Positions 1 to 8,381 of a stretch of DNA of 21,741 nt are shown here, in pieces. The translations under genes and the position numbers were made by a program. Origin of the DNA: Burkholderiales bacterium (GTDB lineage: Bacteria; Pseudomonadota; Gammaproteobacteria; Burkholderiales; Burkholderiaceae_D); assembly GCA_016177875.1 (NCBI GenBank), contig JACOUL010000008.1, forward strand, positions 143,432-165,172, in the 5' to 3' direction. Numbering within the stretch: position 1 is the stretch's first letter; each line of letters opens with the position of its first letter. Below the pieces are notes generated by a model. It was not told the DNA's origin and searched no databases. It saw only the letters and a list, made by a program, of their open reading frames with translations.

Positions 1-1
1 C

Positions 2-1255
2 GAGCCGTTCACCTACGACTACGAGCGCCTGCAGAATGCGCCGCTGTCGCAGACGCCGCCAACCGCGCGTCCGGTATCAGTCATCACCGGCAAGAAGATG
101 GACAAGATCGAATGGGGTCCGAACTGGGAAGACGATCTGGGCGGCGAATTTGCCAAGCGCAGCAAGGACAAACTGTTCGACAACGTGCAAAAAGAAATGT
201 ACAGCACGTTTGAAAACACGTTCATGATGTACTTGCCGCGTTTGTGCGAACACTGCCTGAATCCGGCATGCGTGGCATCCTGTCCATCGGGCTCCGTCTA
301 CAAGCGCGAAGACGACGGCATCGTGTTGATCGACCAGGACAAATGCCGCGGCTGGCGCATGTGCATCTCCGGCTGTCCGTACAAGAAGATCTATTACAAC
401 TGGTCTTCCGGCAAGGCTGAGAAATGCACCTTCTGCTTCCCGCGTATCGAAGCCGGTCAGCCGACCGTATGTTCCGAAACTTGCGTAGGCCGCATCCGTT
501 ACCTCGGCGTCATGCTGTACGACGCCGACCAGATCGAGCAAGCGGCATCGGTCGCCGATGAGCAGGATTTGTACGAATCGCAGCTCGGTCTGTTCTTGAA
601 TCCCCACGATCCGAAAGTGATCGAGGAAGCACGCAAGCAAGGCATCCCGGAAGCGTGGCTGGAATCCGCCAAGCGTTCGCCGGTGTACAAGATGGCGATG
701 GAATGGAAAGTCGCTTTTCCGCTGCATCCGGAATATCGCACGCTGCCGATGGTCTGGTACATCCCGCCGCTGTCGCCGATCCAAGCTGCAGCGGAGTCCG
801 GCAAGATGGGCATGAACGGCATCATCCCCGACACCAAGAGCTTGCGTATCCCGGTGAAGTATCTGGCCAACTTGCTCACCGCCGGCAAGGAAGCGCCGGT
901 CGTGGGAGCGCTGGACCGTATGCTCGCCATGCGTGCCTACATGCGCGGCAAGTCGGTGGAAGGCGTGGAAAACCTCGACGTGCTGAAGCAAGTTGGTTTG
1001 ACCAAGCCGATGGTGGAAGACATGTACCACATCATGGCGATCGCCAATTACGAAGACCGCTTCGTGATTCCGAGCAGCCACAAGGAAATGGTGGAAGACA
1101 GCTTCAATGAAAAAGGTTCGTGCGGCTTCTCGTTCGGCAATGGATGTTCGGATGGTGTATCCGAGCCTTCGCTGTTCGGCAAGAAGAAGCAAGGGTCGGT
1201 GATTTTTGTCGATATGCCCAAATCCCGCAAAAAGCGGGAGGTGGAAGGAGCATAA
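2..1255 (+). CDS. narH: Respiratory nitrate reductase beta subunit NarH, 5'-truncated at the window edge. The reading frame is open from base 2 (EPFTYDYERLQNAPLSQTPP...), upstream of the ORF-track Met at 98.
   Basis: Translation carries the NarH Fe-S cysteine clusters (CEHCLNPACVASCP, CRGWRMCISGCPYKKIYY, CTFCFPRIEAGQPTVCSETCVGRIRY) and the conserved WYIPPLSP region. The frame is open to the window start. It is followed by narJ and narI. Confidence 0.95.
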   Translation, partial: EPFTYDYERLQNAPLSQTPPTARPVSVITGKKMDKIEWGPNWEDDLGGEFAKRSKDKLFDNVQKEMYSTFENTFMMYLPRLCEHCLNPACVASCPSGSVYKREDDGIVLIDQDKCRGWRMCISGCPYKKIYYNWSSGKAEKCTFCFPRIEAGQPTVCSETCVGRIRYLGVMLYDADQIEQAASVADEQDLYESQLGLFLNPHDPKVIEEARKQGIPEAWLESAKRSPVYKMAMEWKVAFPLHPEYRTLPMVWYIPPLSPIQAAAESGKMGMNGIIPDTKSLRIPVKYLANLLTAGKEAPVVGALDRMLAMRAYMRGKSVEGVENLDVLKQVGLTKPMVEDMYHIMAIANYEDRFVIPSSHKEMVEDSFNEKGSCGFSFGNGCSDGVSEPSLFGKKKQGSVIFVDMPKSRKKREVEGA

Positions 1256-1256
1256 G

Positions 1257-1889
1257 GTGAAGAAGCAATATCAAACGCTGTCGGTTCTACTGCAGTACCC
1301 GGAGCCGCAATTGCTTGAAGCATTGCCGGAGCTTGGCGATGCGGTGTTGGCGATGCCGGAGCTTCATCCGCTGATGGTTTATTTTGGATCGAACGACTTG
1401 ATCAAGTTGCAAGAAAACTATGTGATGACGTTCGACCGCAATCCATCGCATTCGCTGCATCTGTTCGAGCATATTCACGGCGAATCGCGCGACCGCGGGC
1501 AAGCGATGGTCGACTTGATGGAAGAGTACAAGAAATACGGCATGGAAATGTGCAGCGAAGAGTTGCCCGATTACGTGCCGCTATTCCTGGAATTTCTCGC
1601 GCAAGTCGATCAGCGGGAAGCAAGCCGCATGCTGACCGACGCGGTCCATGTGCTGGCACACATAGGCCGCAAACTGGCCGCCAACGGCAGTCCGTATGCA
1701 GCAGTCTTCCAGGTGTTGGAGCGGATGAGCCCGGTGGCGGCGGAAGAATTGTCTGAACCGCCGGTGCGCGATATGGACGAAGCGCTCGAAACTTTCGGTC
1801 CGAGCGCGGACGGTGTCGAACCCTTGCTCAAGCCGACCAACAGCGGAGTGCAGCCGATTAATTTCTATCCGAAGCGCGCAGCGCAATAG
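1257..1889 (+). CDS. narJ: Nitrate reductase molybdenum-cofactor assembly chaperone NarJ. Probable GTG start at 1257, directly after the narH stop; the ORF-track ATG at 1206 would overlap narH by 50 nt.
   Basis: VKKQYQTLSVLLQYPE gives the same spacing to the LSxLLxYP motif as E. coli NarJ. LFEHIHGESRDRGQAMVDL is near-identical to the NarJ core motif. GGAGG/GGAAGGA Shine-Dalgarno at 1237-1250. Confidence 0.88.
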   Translation: MKKQYQTLSVLLQYPEPQLLEALPELGDAVLAMPELHPLMVYFGSNDLIKLQENYVMTFDRNPSHSLHLFEHIHGESRDRGQAMVDLMEEYKKYGMEMCSEELPDYVPLFLEFLAQVDQREASRMLTDAVHVLAHIGRKLAANGSPYAAVFQVLERMSPVAAEELSEPPVRDMDEALETFGPSADGVEPLLKPTNSGVQPINFYPKRAAQ

Positions 1890-1909
1890 GTGAGAGAGGA
1901 GAGTACAAA

Positions 1910-2593
1910 ATGGATTACCTGAATCAATTTTTCTTCGGCATTTATCCCTATATTGCGCTGGCTATCTTTTTGCTGGGCAGCCTGATTCGCTTCGACCGTG
2001 AGCAATACACATGGAAGTCCGAATCGACGCAGCTTTTGCATGCCGGCAGCCTGCGCCTCGGGAATATTCTGTTTCACGTCGGCGTGATCGGCTTGTTTTT
2101 CGGTCATGCGGTCGGTTTGCTGACGCCGGTGTGGGTGTGGGATACGCTGGGCATCTCGCACGGCGCCAAGCAAATTTTCGCCATGGTGGCCGGCGGCGTG
2201 ATGGGCACGCTTTGCCTGATCGGCATCCTGCTATTGCTGGCGCGCCGGTTTGCCAACGATCGCCTACGCGCCGTGACGACCTTCAAAGACAAGGTGGTGC
2301 TGCTGTGGATTCTGGCGACGCTGTCGCTCGGCCTTGCGTCGATCTTCGTGTCGGCCAGTCATACCGACGGCCATATGATGGTGCAGTTGATGAGCTGGGC
2401 ACAGCACGTCGTAACCTTCCGCGGCGATGCGGCGTCATTCATCGCCGATGCGCCGCTGATCTTCAAGCTGCACCTGTTCATGGGCATGTCGGTATTCGTG
2501 ATTTTCCCGTTCACCCGCCTGGTGCATGTGTGGAGCGGGTTTGCATCGGTAGGTTATCTGGCGCGCGCATATCAACTGGTGCGTCCGCGCTGA
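1910..2593 (+). CDS. narI: Respiratory nitrate reductase gamma subunit NarI (dihaem cytochrome b membrane anchor).
   Basis: MDYLNQFFFGIYPYIALAIFLLGSLIRFDREQYTWKS... is closely co-linear with E. coli NarI (FFFDIYPYIAG...RYDYGQYTW), including the haem-ligand histidines. GAGAGGAGAG Shine-Dalgarno upstream. Confidence 0.95.
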   Translation: MDYLNQFFFGIYPYIALAIFLLGSLIRFDREQYTWKSESTQLLHAGSLRLGNILFHVGVIGLFFGHAVGLLTPVWVWDTLGISHGAKQIFAMVAGGVMGTLCLIGILLLLARRFANDRLRAVTTFKDKVVLLWILATLSLGLASIFVSASHTDGHMMVQLMSWAQHVVTFRGDAASFIADAPLIFKLHLFMGMSVFVIFPFTRLVHVWSGFASVGYLARAYQLVRPR

Positions 2594-2613
2594 TTCAGTA
2601 CAAGGAGTAAATC

Positions 2614-3360
2614 ATGGGCATTTCCGTCAACGGCATCGAGCTAACCGATGCGGCAATCGGCCAAGAGCTGCCGCATCACCAAAAGGCGGACAATCCATTG
2701 AAGCAGACGGTGCATGAACTGGTCTTGCGCATGGTGCTGCTGCAGGAAGCCGACCGCCTCGGTCTCACCGGCGACACGGAGGACGACCGCATCGAAGCAT
2801 TGTTCGCGCATGAGCTGGATGTGCCCGAGGCCGATGAAGAAACCTGCGTGCGCTATTACCGCAACAACCCGGAGAAGTTTTCCAACGGCGAAATGATCGA
2901 GGTGCGGCACATCCTGCTGCAAGTCACGCCGAACGCACCGCTGGAATTGCTGCGCGAGACCGGCGAGGCGATGCTGGCTGAATTGAAGGAGCATCCCGAA
3001 CGCTTCGCCGAAATTGCCATGCAATATTCCAATTGCCCGTCCGGCGCGGTCGGCGGCAATCTCGGCCAGCTCACGCGCGGCCAGACCGTTCCCGAATTCG
3101 AGACATTCGTTTTTCGGCTAAATGAAAATCAGCTGGCCGATCGTTTGCTGGAAACGCGCTTCGGGCTGCACATCGTGCAAGTGCTGCGCAAGATCGAGGG
3201 GAAATTGCTGCCTTTCGAGACGGTGCGCGATGACATTCGGCAGTGGCTGCGTTTTCAAAGCTGGCAGCGTGCGATGCATCAATATCTGCAGATTCTGGTG
3301 GGGCAGGCGGATGTGCAGGGGGTTACGTTGGAAGGGGTGGGTAGTCCGTTGGTGCAATAG
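2614..3360 (+). CDS. PpiC/parvulin-type peptidyl-prolyl cis-trans isomerase encoded directly downstream of narI.
   Basis: Rotamase-domain motifs: EVRHILLQV, FAEIAMQYSNCPSGAVGGNLGQLTRGQTVPEFETFVF, RFGLHIVQV. AAGGAG Shine-Dalgarno 7 nt upstream. 20 nt after the narI stop. Confidence 0.85.
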   Translation: MGISVNGIELTDAAIGQELPHHQKADNPLKQTVHELVLRMVLLQEADRLGLTGDTEDDRIEALFAHELDVPEADEETCVRYYRNNPEKFSNGEMIEVRHILLQVTPNAPLELLRETGEAMLAELKEHPERFAEIAMQYSNCPSGAVGGNLGQLTRGQTVPEFETFVFRLNENQLADRLLETRFGLHIVQVLRKIEGKLLPFETVRDDIRQWLRFQSWQRAMHQYLQILVGQADVQGVTLEGVGSPLVQ

Positions 3361-3411
3361 GGAGTAGGACGACGAGAACTTAACTTTGCAATACGCCCAT
3401 CCGGTGGGACG

Positions 3412-3427
3412 CTGTTCCGGCATACAA
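3412..3427 (+). promoter_or_regulatory. Degenerate LexA (SOS) box CTGT-N8-ACAA, 26 nt upstream of the dinB start codon.
   Basis: CTGTtccggcatACAA is a 7/8 match to the outer positions of CTGT-N8-ACAG. The GC-rich spacer is atypical. Confidence 0.3.
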
Positions 3428-3452
3428 TGTCGGCTTCTCCTTCAGCCTCACC

Positions 3453-4604
3453 ATGAATCCCCGACCCAGGCGCGTTGCTCATCTCGACATGGATGCTTTT
3501 TATGCATCAGTCGAACTGCTGCGCTATCCGGAATTGCGCGGACAGCCGGTGGTCATCGGCGGACGCAATGACCACCAACCCGTGATGCAGGCTGACGGCA
3601 CTTATGCCTACTCGCGGCTGCGCGACTACGTAGGCCGCGGCGTGATTACCACCTCAACGTATGAAGCGCGCGCACTCGGCGTTTTTTCCGCAATGGGGAT
3701 GATGAAGGCGGCGAAGCTCGCGCCGGACGCCGTGCTGCTGCCCACCGATTTCGATGCCTATCGCCGCTATTCCCGCATGTTCAAAGCGGCTGTGACGGCC
3801 ATCGTGCCGGAGATGGAAGATCGCGGCATCGATGAAATTTATCTCGACCTTACCGATCACGACGACGATACGCGTGCGCTTGCCTTGCGCATCAAGCAAG
3901 CGGTGCGCGATGCCACGGGTCTTTCTTGCTCGATCGGCGTAGCACCCAACAAGCTCTTGGCAAAAATTTGTTCGGATCTTGAAAAGCCGGATGGCCTAAC
4001 GATCTTGGATCATGCCGATGTGGCGCATCGGATTTGGCCTTTGCCGGTTCGAAAAATCAATGGCATCGGACCCAAGGCCGCCGAGAAGCTTGCCAAGCTC
4101 GATATTCGCATCATCGAGGAGCTGGCGCACGCCGACCTCGGCCTTCTTCAAAAGCATTTTGGAAGAACTTACGCGGAGTGGCTGCATCGCGTCTCGCACG
4201 GCATCGACGATCGTCCGGTCGTTACCAGCTCGGAGCCGAAATCGATCAGCAGGGAAACTACCTTCGAACGCGATTTACATGCCAAGCATGATCGTGAAAT
4301 TCTTTCCGGCATTTTTACCCGCTTGTGCACGCGCTTGGCGGAGGATCTTCAGCGCAAGGGGTATGTCGGTCGCACCATAGGCATTAAGCTACGGTATGAA
4401 GATTTCAAGACGGTGACGCGGGATTTGTCTCTGCCTGCTGCTACTGCCGATGCAACGGCGATTCGGCGCGCGGCGGGGGAATGTCTGAAGCGCGTGCCCT
4501 TGCAAAAAAGGTTGAGATTGCTTGGTGTGAGAGTGAGTACATTGTCTAAGACTGCTGCGGCGTCCGGCGCCGTGGATGTGTTTCAAGGACAACTTGCCCT
4601 TTGA
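3453..4604 (+). CDS. dinB: DNA polymerase IV (Y-family translesion polymerase DinB).
   Basis: N-terminal HLDMDAFYASVE catalytic motif, ALGVFSAMGMMKAAKLAP, SIGVAPNKLLAKICSDLEKPDGLTIL, and the little-finger region. About 380 aa. Confidence 0.9.
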   Translation: MNPRPRRVAHLDMDAFYASVELLRYPELRGQPVVIGGRNDHQPVMQADGTYAYSRLRDYVGRGVITTSTYEARALGVFSAMGMMKAAKLAPDAVLLPTDFDAYRRYSRMFKAAVTAIVPEMEDRGIDEIYLDLTDHDDDTRALALRIKQAVRDATGLSCSIGVAPNKLLAKICSDLEKPDGLTILDHADVAHRIWPLPVRKINGIGPKAAEKLAKLDIRIIEELAHADLGLLQKHFGRTYAEWLHRVSHGIDDRPVVTSSEPKSISRETTFERDLHAKHDREILSGIFTRLCTRLAEDLQRKGYVGRTIGIKLRYEDFKTVTRDLSLPAATADATAIRRAAGECLKRVPLQKRLRLLGVRVSTLSKTAAASGAVDVFQGQLAL

Positions 4605-4653
4605 ATCCAAGTCGCTCTCGACGATATAGAACCGCGTCCTGACAGGTAGCGCA

Positions 4654-5583
4654 ATGAACGATTACTTTTTTCTGTCGTTAGGCATCCTATGCGCCGTCAT
4701 CGGCGGCGAACTGTTTGTGCGCGGCGCAGTGGGCCTCGGATATTGGGCTCGCATATCTCCCGGCGTGATCGGCGCCACGTTTGCCGCATTCGCCACCTCA
4801 AGCCCGGAATTATCGGTCTCGATCAATAGCGCGCTGGCCGGCAGTCCTAAGATCGCGCTCGGCGATGCACTCGGGAGCAATGTCGTGAACATTGCCTTGG
4901 TCTTGGGAGCAGCGTTGGCAGTTTCCGGAATTCAGTGTCCGCGCGACAGCGTGAAACGGGACTTTCCCTTAGCGCTTTTCATTCCCGTCATTACCGGCTT
5001 GTTATGCCTCGATGGCGAACTCTCAAGGCTCGATGGCTTGGCGATGTTGACGGTGTTTTTTCTTTGGCTGACCGCGACTGCCGTGGCGGCGCGAAAACAG
5101 CGCGGCGCTGCCGAAGAACCTCATCACGATCAACAGGGTTGGAAGATACTTCTTACTTGCATCCTTGGGCTGGGGTTCCTGATCGCTGCCGGCAATTTCA
5201 TCGTTACCGGAGCAAAGGGTATCGCCGTTTCCTTCGGCATAGACGAATTCATTATCGGCGCAACCATCGTTGCGGTCGGCACGTCGGCACCGGAATTGGC
5301 GACAACGATTATCGCCAAGCTGCGCGGTCATGACGAAATCGGTTTAGGCACCATCCTCGGCAGCAATATCTTCAACGGGATCTTTATTGTGGCGATCGCG
5401 GCCTCGATTCACCCCATACGAATTGCATGGAATGAAGTTGCCATAGCGTTGGCGTTCGGCTTGACCGCTGTAGCGTTGACTTATCCGCCGAGCAACGGCT
5501 TCATCACGCGCAAACGAGGGGTTTTGCTTCTCTCGCTATATGCCGTTTATCTCGCAATGGTTTTTCAAGGCAAGGTAAGCTGA
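4654..5583 (+). CDS. Ca2+/cation antiporter (CaCA family, YrbG-like) inner-membrane protein.
   Basis: Two alpha-repeat motifs (GATFAAFATSSPELSVSI and GATIVAVGTSAPELATTIIA) typical of Na+/Ca2+ exchanger membrane regions. About 10 predicted transmembrane helices. Confidence 0.85.
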   Translation: MNDYFFLSLGILCAVIGGELFVRGAVGLGYWARISPGVIGATFAAFATSSPELSVSINSALAGSPKIALGDALGSNVVNIALVLGAALAVSGIQCPRDSVKRDFPLALFIPVITGLLCLDGELSRLDGLAMLTVFFLWLTATAVAARKQRGAAEEPHHDQQGWKILLTCILGLGFLIAAGNFIVTGAKGIAVSFGIDEFIIGATIVAVGTSAPELATTIIAKLRGHDEIGLGTILGSNIFNGIFIVAIAASIHPIRIAWNEVAIALAFGLTAVALTYPPSNGFITRKRGVLLLSLYAVYLAMVFQGKVS

Positions 5584-5597
5584 TCCGTGTCAAATAC

Positions 5598-5622
5598 TGG
5601 CGCAGTTATTAAAATCGCGCCA
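5598..5622. other. Weak hairpin TGGCGC-N13-GCGCCA between the convergent CaCA and CDF genes; a possible bidirectional terminator.
   Basis: 6-bp inverted repeat with a long 13-nt AT-rich loop. The flanks are A/T-rich on both sides. Confidence 0.2.
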
Positions 5623-5626
5623 AAAT

Positions 5627-6595
5627 TTAATTACCTGACTTTGTATTCACCACAGCGACGCTAGCATGATCCAGGTCCGGCCGCCGCCATGGATCGACGT
5701 GCGTCATGAGATTCAACACCCGGTGCCGCTCCATCACGCGCTGCCTCGCGACGACGGAAATGTCATGCCCTTGCTCGACCGTCAGCGATGCATCGACTTC
5801 AATGTGCGCATCGACCACGATCATGTCGCCCATCTTGCGGGTGCGCAGATCGTGCACGTTATGCACGCCCGGCGTTTCCGTGAGCGTTTGCCGAATGGCT
5901 TCCACTTCTTTGTCGTCCGCCGAACGGTCGACCAGGTCGTGCAAGGCATCCCAGCCGAATCCCCAACCCATGCGCGCGATCATGAAACCGACGATCAGCG
6001 CGGCGATCGGGTCCAATAGCGGAAAGCCTGCCAGGTTACCGGCGATGCCGAGTCCCACCACCAGCGACGATGCCGCATCCGAGCGCGCATGCCAGGCATT
6101 TGCCACCAGCATGCCGGATTTGACGCGCTTGGCAACCGACAGCATGTAGCGAAACAATCCTTCTTTAATGACGAGCGTTGCGCCTGCCACCCAAAGCGCG
6201 GCGACATGAACGGTCGGAATGGCATCGGGTGCCTGCAGTTTCTGCAGCGCCGACCACAACATGCCGATGCCGACCGCCAACAGCAGCACGCCCAACACCA
6301 GCGATGCGGCATTCTCGAAACGCTGATGGCCGTACGGGTGATCCTGGTCGGCTTCCTTATGGCTATGCCGGCTGGCGAACAGCACCACGAAGTCGCCCAA
6401 GAGATCGGAAAGCGAATGAATGCCGTCCGCGATCAAGCCTTGCGATTTGGACAGCGTGCCCACCACAATTTGCACGACCGTCAGCAAGAGGTTGATGACG
6501 ATGCTCACCCAGCTCGTGCGCGATGCCGCGGCCTGGCGCTCGGCGACGCTGACTATCGTGTCTTCGGGATCGTCATTGAATTTTTCGAATTCCAT
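5627..6595 (-). CDS. Cation diffusion facilitator (CDF, FieF/CzcD-like) divalent-metal efflux transporter.
   Basis: The first transmembrane helix carries HSLSDLLGD. Also DHPYGHQRFE (the CDF signature HxxxD...H/D metal site), six transmembrane helices and a C-terminal cytoplasmic domain (VHDLRTRKMGDMIVVDAHIEV). Confidence 0.85.
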   Translation of the reverse strand: MEFEKFNDDPEDTIVSVAERQAAASRTSWVSIVINLLLTVVQIVVGTLSKSQGLIADGIHSLSDLLGDFVVLFASRHSHKEADQDHPYGHQRFENAASLVLGVLLLAVGIGMLWSALQKLQAPDAIPTVHVAALWVAGATLVIKEGLFRYMLSVAKRVKSGMLVANAWHARSDAASSLVVGLGIAGNLAGFPLLDPIAALIVGFMIARMGWGFGWDALHDLVDRSADDKEVEAIRQTLTETPGVHNVHDLRTRKMGDMIVVDAHIEVDASLTVEQGHDISVVARQRVMERHRVLNLMTHVDPWRRPDLDHASVAVVNTKSGN

Positions 6596-6679
6596 GGGCG
6601 GACGTGGCGGCGATATTCAGTTATGGGCATGGACGCGCCGAGATTATCACGTCCGGTAAGGTCATGCGCAATCGGTTAC

Positions 6680-6696
6680 GTTAAGAAATCCTTAAG
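6680..6696 (+). promoter_or_regulatory. PmrA/QseB-box-like direct repeat GTTAAG-aaatc-CTTAAG (hexamers 11 bp apart), 34 nt upstream of the haem/two-component-system operon start codon.
   Basis: Read directly from the sequence. It matches the YTTAAK-N5-YTTAAK architecture reported for PmrA-type regulators (recalled from the literature). One-helical-turn periodicity is typical of OmpR-family sites. Confidence 0.4.
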
Positions 6697-6730
6697 GTGG
6701 CGGCGGCATCATGCAATCTAAGGAGGTGCC

Positions 6731-7144
6731 ATGAACCTGATATCTAAACCGCTATCGCTTGCCATCGTCATCGGCGCGGCGGCAATTTTCATCAATATGC
6801 GGGCCGCGTATGCGGCTGCGCCGGCCGAACTGCTTTCCGGCTACACGAGCCGGAGCGGCACGCTTGCTTCTTCGGCACGCGGCCGGGAGTTCTTTACATC
6901 GAAACACGGGCATGAATGGAGCTGCGCTTCATGTCACGGCGCGGTGCCGACGCAGTCCGGCGAGCATGCCGCTACCGGAAAGACGATTTTGCCGCTGGCG
7001 CCCGCCGTCAATGCCGAACGTTTTACCGACGCGGCAAAGAGCGAAAAATGGTTCCGCCGCAATTGCAATGACGTCGCGGGCCGGGAGTGCACCGCCGCCG
7101 AAAAGGCCGACATCTTGGCCTGGCTGCTGATGTTTAAACCTTGA
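6731..7144 (+). CDS. Periplasmic DUF1924-type mono-haem c-type protein; first gene of a haem/two-component-system operon.
   Basis: Strong AAGGAGG Shine-Dalgarno at 6720-6726. Signal peptide (…AAIFINMRAAYAAAP). Single CxxCH motif (CASCHG). Small size (137 aa). Confidence 0.7.
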   Translation: MNLISKPLSLAIVIGAAAIFINMRAAYAAAPAELLSGYTSRSGTLASSARGREFFTSKHGHEWSCASCHGAVPTQSGEHAATGKTILPLAPAVNAERFTDAAKSEKWFRRNCNDVAGRECTAAEKADILAWLLMFKP

Positions 7145-7160
7145 TTGCCGGAGACTTGCC

Positions 7161-7646
7161 ATGCCACTCAAATTGATTTTTTGCTTTAGCCGCTTGCTGG
7201 CCGCGCTGTTGATCGCTATCGGTATCGGCCATTCAGCCTTCGCCGACGACCATCGTGCAGCGCGCGTACCGTTTTTACCGAAATACCAACAGGAGTGCGC
7301 CGCCTGCCATCTCGCCTATCCGCCCGGCATGATGCCGTCGGCTTCCTGGCAACGAATCATGAACAACTTGCCGCGTCACTTCGGTACCGATGCTTCGCTG
7401 GATGCCGCTACGGTGAAGGAATTGTCGACCTGGCTCAATGTCAATGCCGGCACCTACAAGCGCGTTGCCGAAGCGCCGCCCGAAGACCGGATCACGCGAT
7501 CGGCATGGTTCATTCGCAAGCACGATGAAGTGCCTGCCGCGACCTGGAAGCTGGCTGCAGTGAAGAGCGCTTCGAACTGTGCCGCCTGCCATACCCGAGC
7601 CAACCAAGGAGATTTCAATGAACGCTTTATCCGACTCCCGCGCTGA
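7161..7646 (+). CDS. Periplasmic dihaem cytochrome c (DHC family).
   Basis: GGAGA Shine-Dalgarno 7 nt upstream. Signal peptide (…IGHSAFADD). Two CxxCH motifs (CAACHL, CAACHT) about 95 residues apart. Confidence 0.75.
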   Translation: MPLKLIFCFSRLLAALLIAIGIGHSAFADDHRAARVPFLPKYQQECAACHLAYPPGMMPSASWQRIMNNLPRHFGTDASLDAATVKELSTWLNVNAGTYKRVAEAPPEDRITRSAWFIRKHDEVPAATWKLAAVKSASNCAACHTRANQGDFNERFIRLPR

Positions 7647-8352
7647 TGCGCCGGAAAACAAAACAGAAACACGCAAGATCCTCGTGTGGGATGCGCCGGT
7701 TCGCGTTTTTCACTGGCTGATGGTGTTGAGCTTTGCCGGCGCATATCTCACTGCCGAGAGCGAGCGGTGGCGACTGGTGCATGTCACGCTCGGCTATACG
7801 ATGGCCGGCTTGGTGGTCTTTCGCATTCTCTGGGGTTTGACGGGAACGCGATACGCGCGCTTTGCGAATTTCGTGCGCGGCCCCAAAGCAGTAGCGGCTT
7901 ATCTCCGGACCTTGCTGCACGGGAAAGCTGAGCACCATGCCGGGCACAATCCGGCCGGCGCGTTGGCGATTGTCGCTTTGCTCGGCTTGACGATCGTGGT
8001 GGGAATGTCGGGCTGGGCGACTTTCAACGACATGGCAGGACATTGGTTGGAAGAGGTGCATGAGTCGGCAGCAAACATCATGCTGGCGGTCGTCGGCGTG
8101 CATGTCGCCGGCGTGGCGGTGTCGAGCTGGTTGCATCGTGAAAATTTGGTCCGCGCCATGTTCACCGGTAAAAAGTCCGGCGTCCCGAAGGATGGCATTC
8201 GCAGCACCTGGCGCAGTGTTGCTGCGGTAGTCTTGGTTTCCGTGCTCGGCTTCTGGGTGCTGCAGTGGCAAGGCGGGCCGTCAGGCGGCGTATTCTCCGA
8301 CCGGCCCGTTGCATCGGCCAAAGCTGATCGCCATCATCACGATGAGGACTGA
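7618..8352 (+). CDS. Membrane cytochrome b561 / Ni-Fe-hydrogenase-type b cytochrome (PF01292-like). Start placed at the internal ATG 7618, not the track ATG 7579.
   Basis: AGGAG Shine-Dalgarno at 7607-7611 precedes ATG 7618. Conserved VWDAPVRVFHW entry motif about 24 aa from that Met. Four transmembrane helices with His ligands (HWLMVL, HESAAN, HVAG). The start overlaps the 3' end of the dihaem gene by 29 nt. Confidence 0.78.
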   Translation: MNALSDSRADAPENKTETRKILVWDAPVRVFHWLMVLSFAGAYLTAESERWRLVHVTLGYTMAGLVVFRILWGLTGTRYARFANFVRGPKAVAAYLRTLLHGKAEHHAGHNPAGALAIVALLGLTIVVGMSGWATFNDMAGHWLEEVHESAANIMLAVVGVHVAGVAVSSWLHRENLVRAMFTGKKSGVPKDGIRSTWRSVAAVVLVSVLGFWVLQWQGGPSGGVFSDRPVASAKADRHHHDED

Positions 8353-8381
8353 TTGTTGCCGCTTCATGGGATAATTTCTTC

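Noticed and set aside
77-1192. 371-aa minus-strand ORF antisense to narH
   Set aside because: It lies entirely opposite a confidently identified, highly conserved gene. The translation is low-complexity and Arg/His-rich, typical of antisense frames in GC-rich DNA. There is no Shine-Dalgarno.
6089-6721. 210-aa plus-strand ORF overlapping the CDF transporter gene on the opposite strand
   Set aside because: It is antisense to a well-supported CDF gene. The translation is Arg/His-rich with no transmembrane or domain features.
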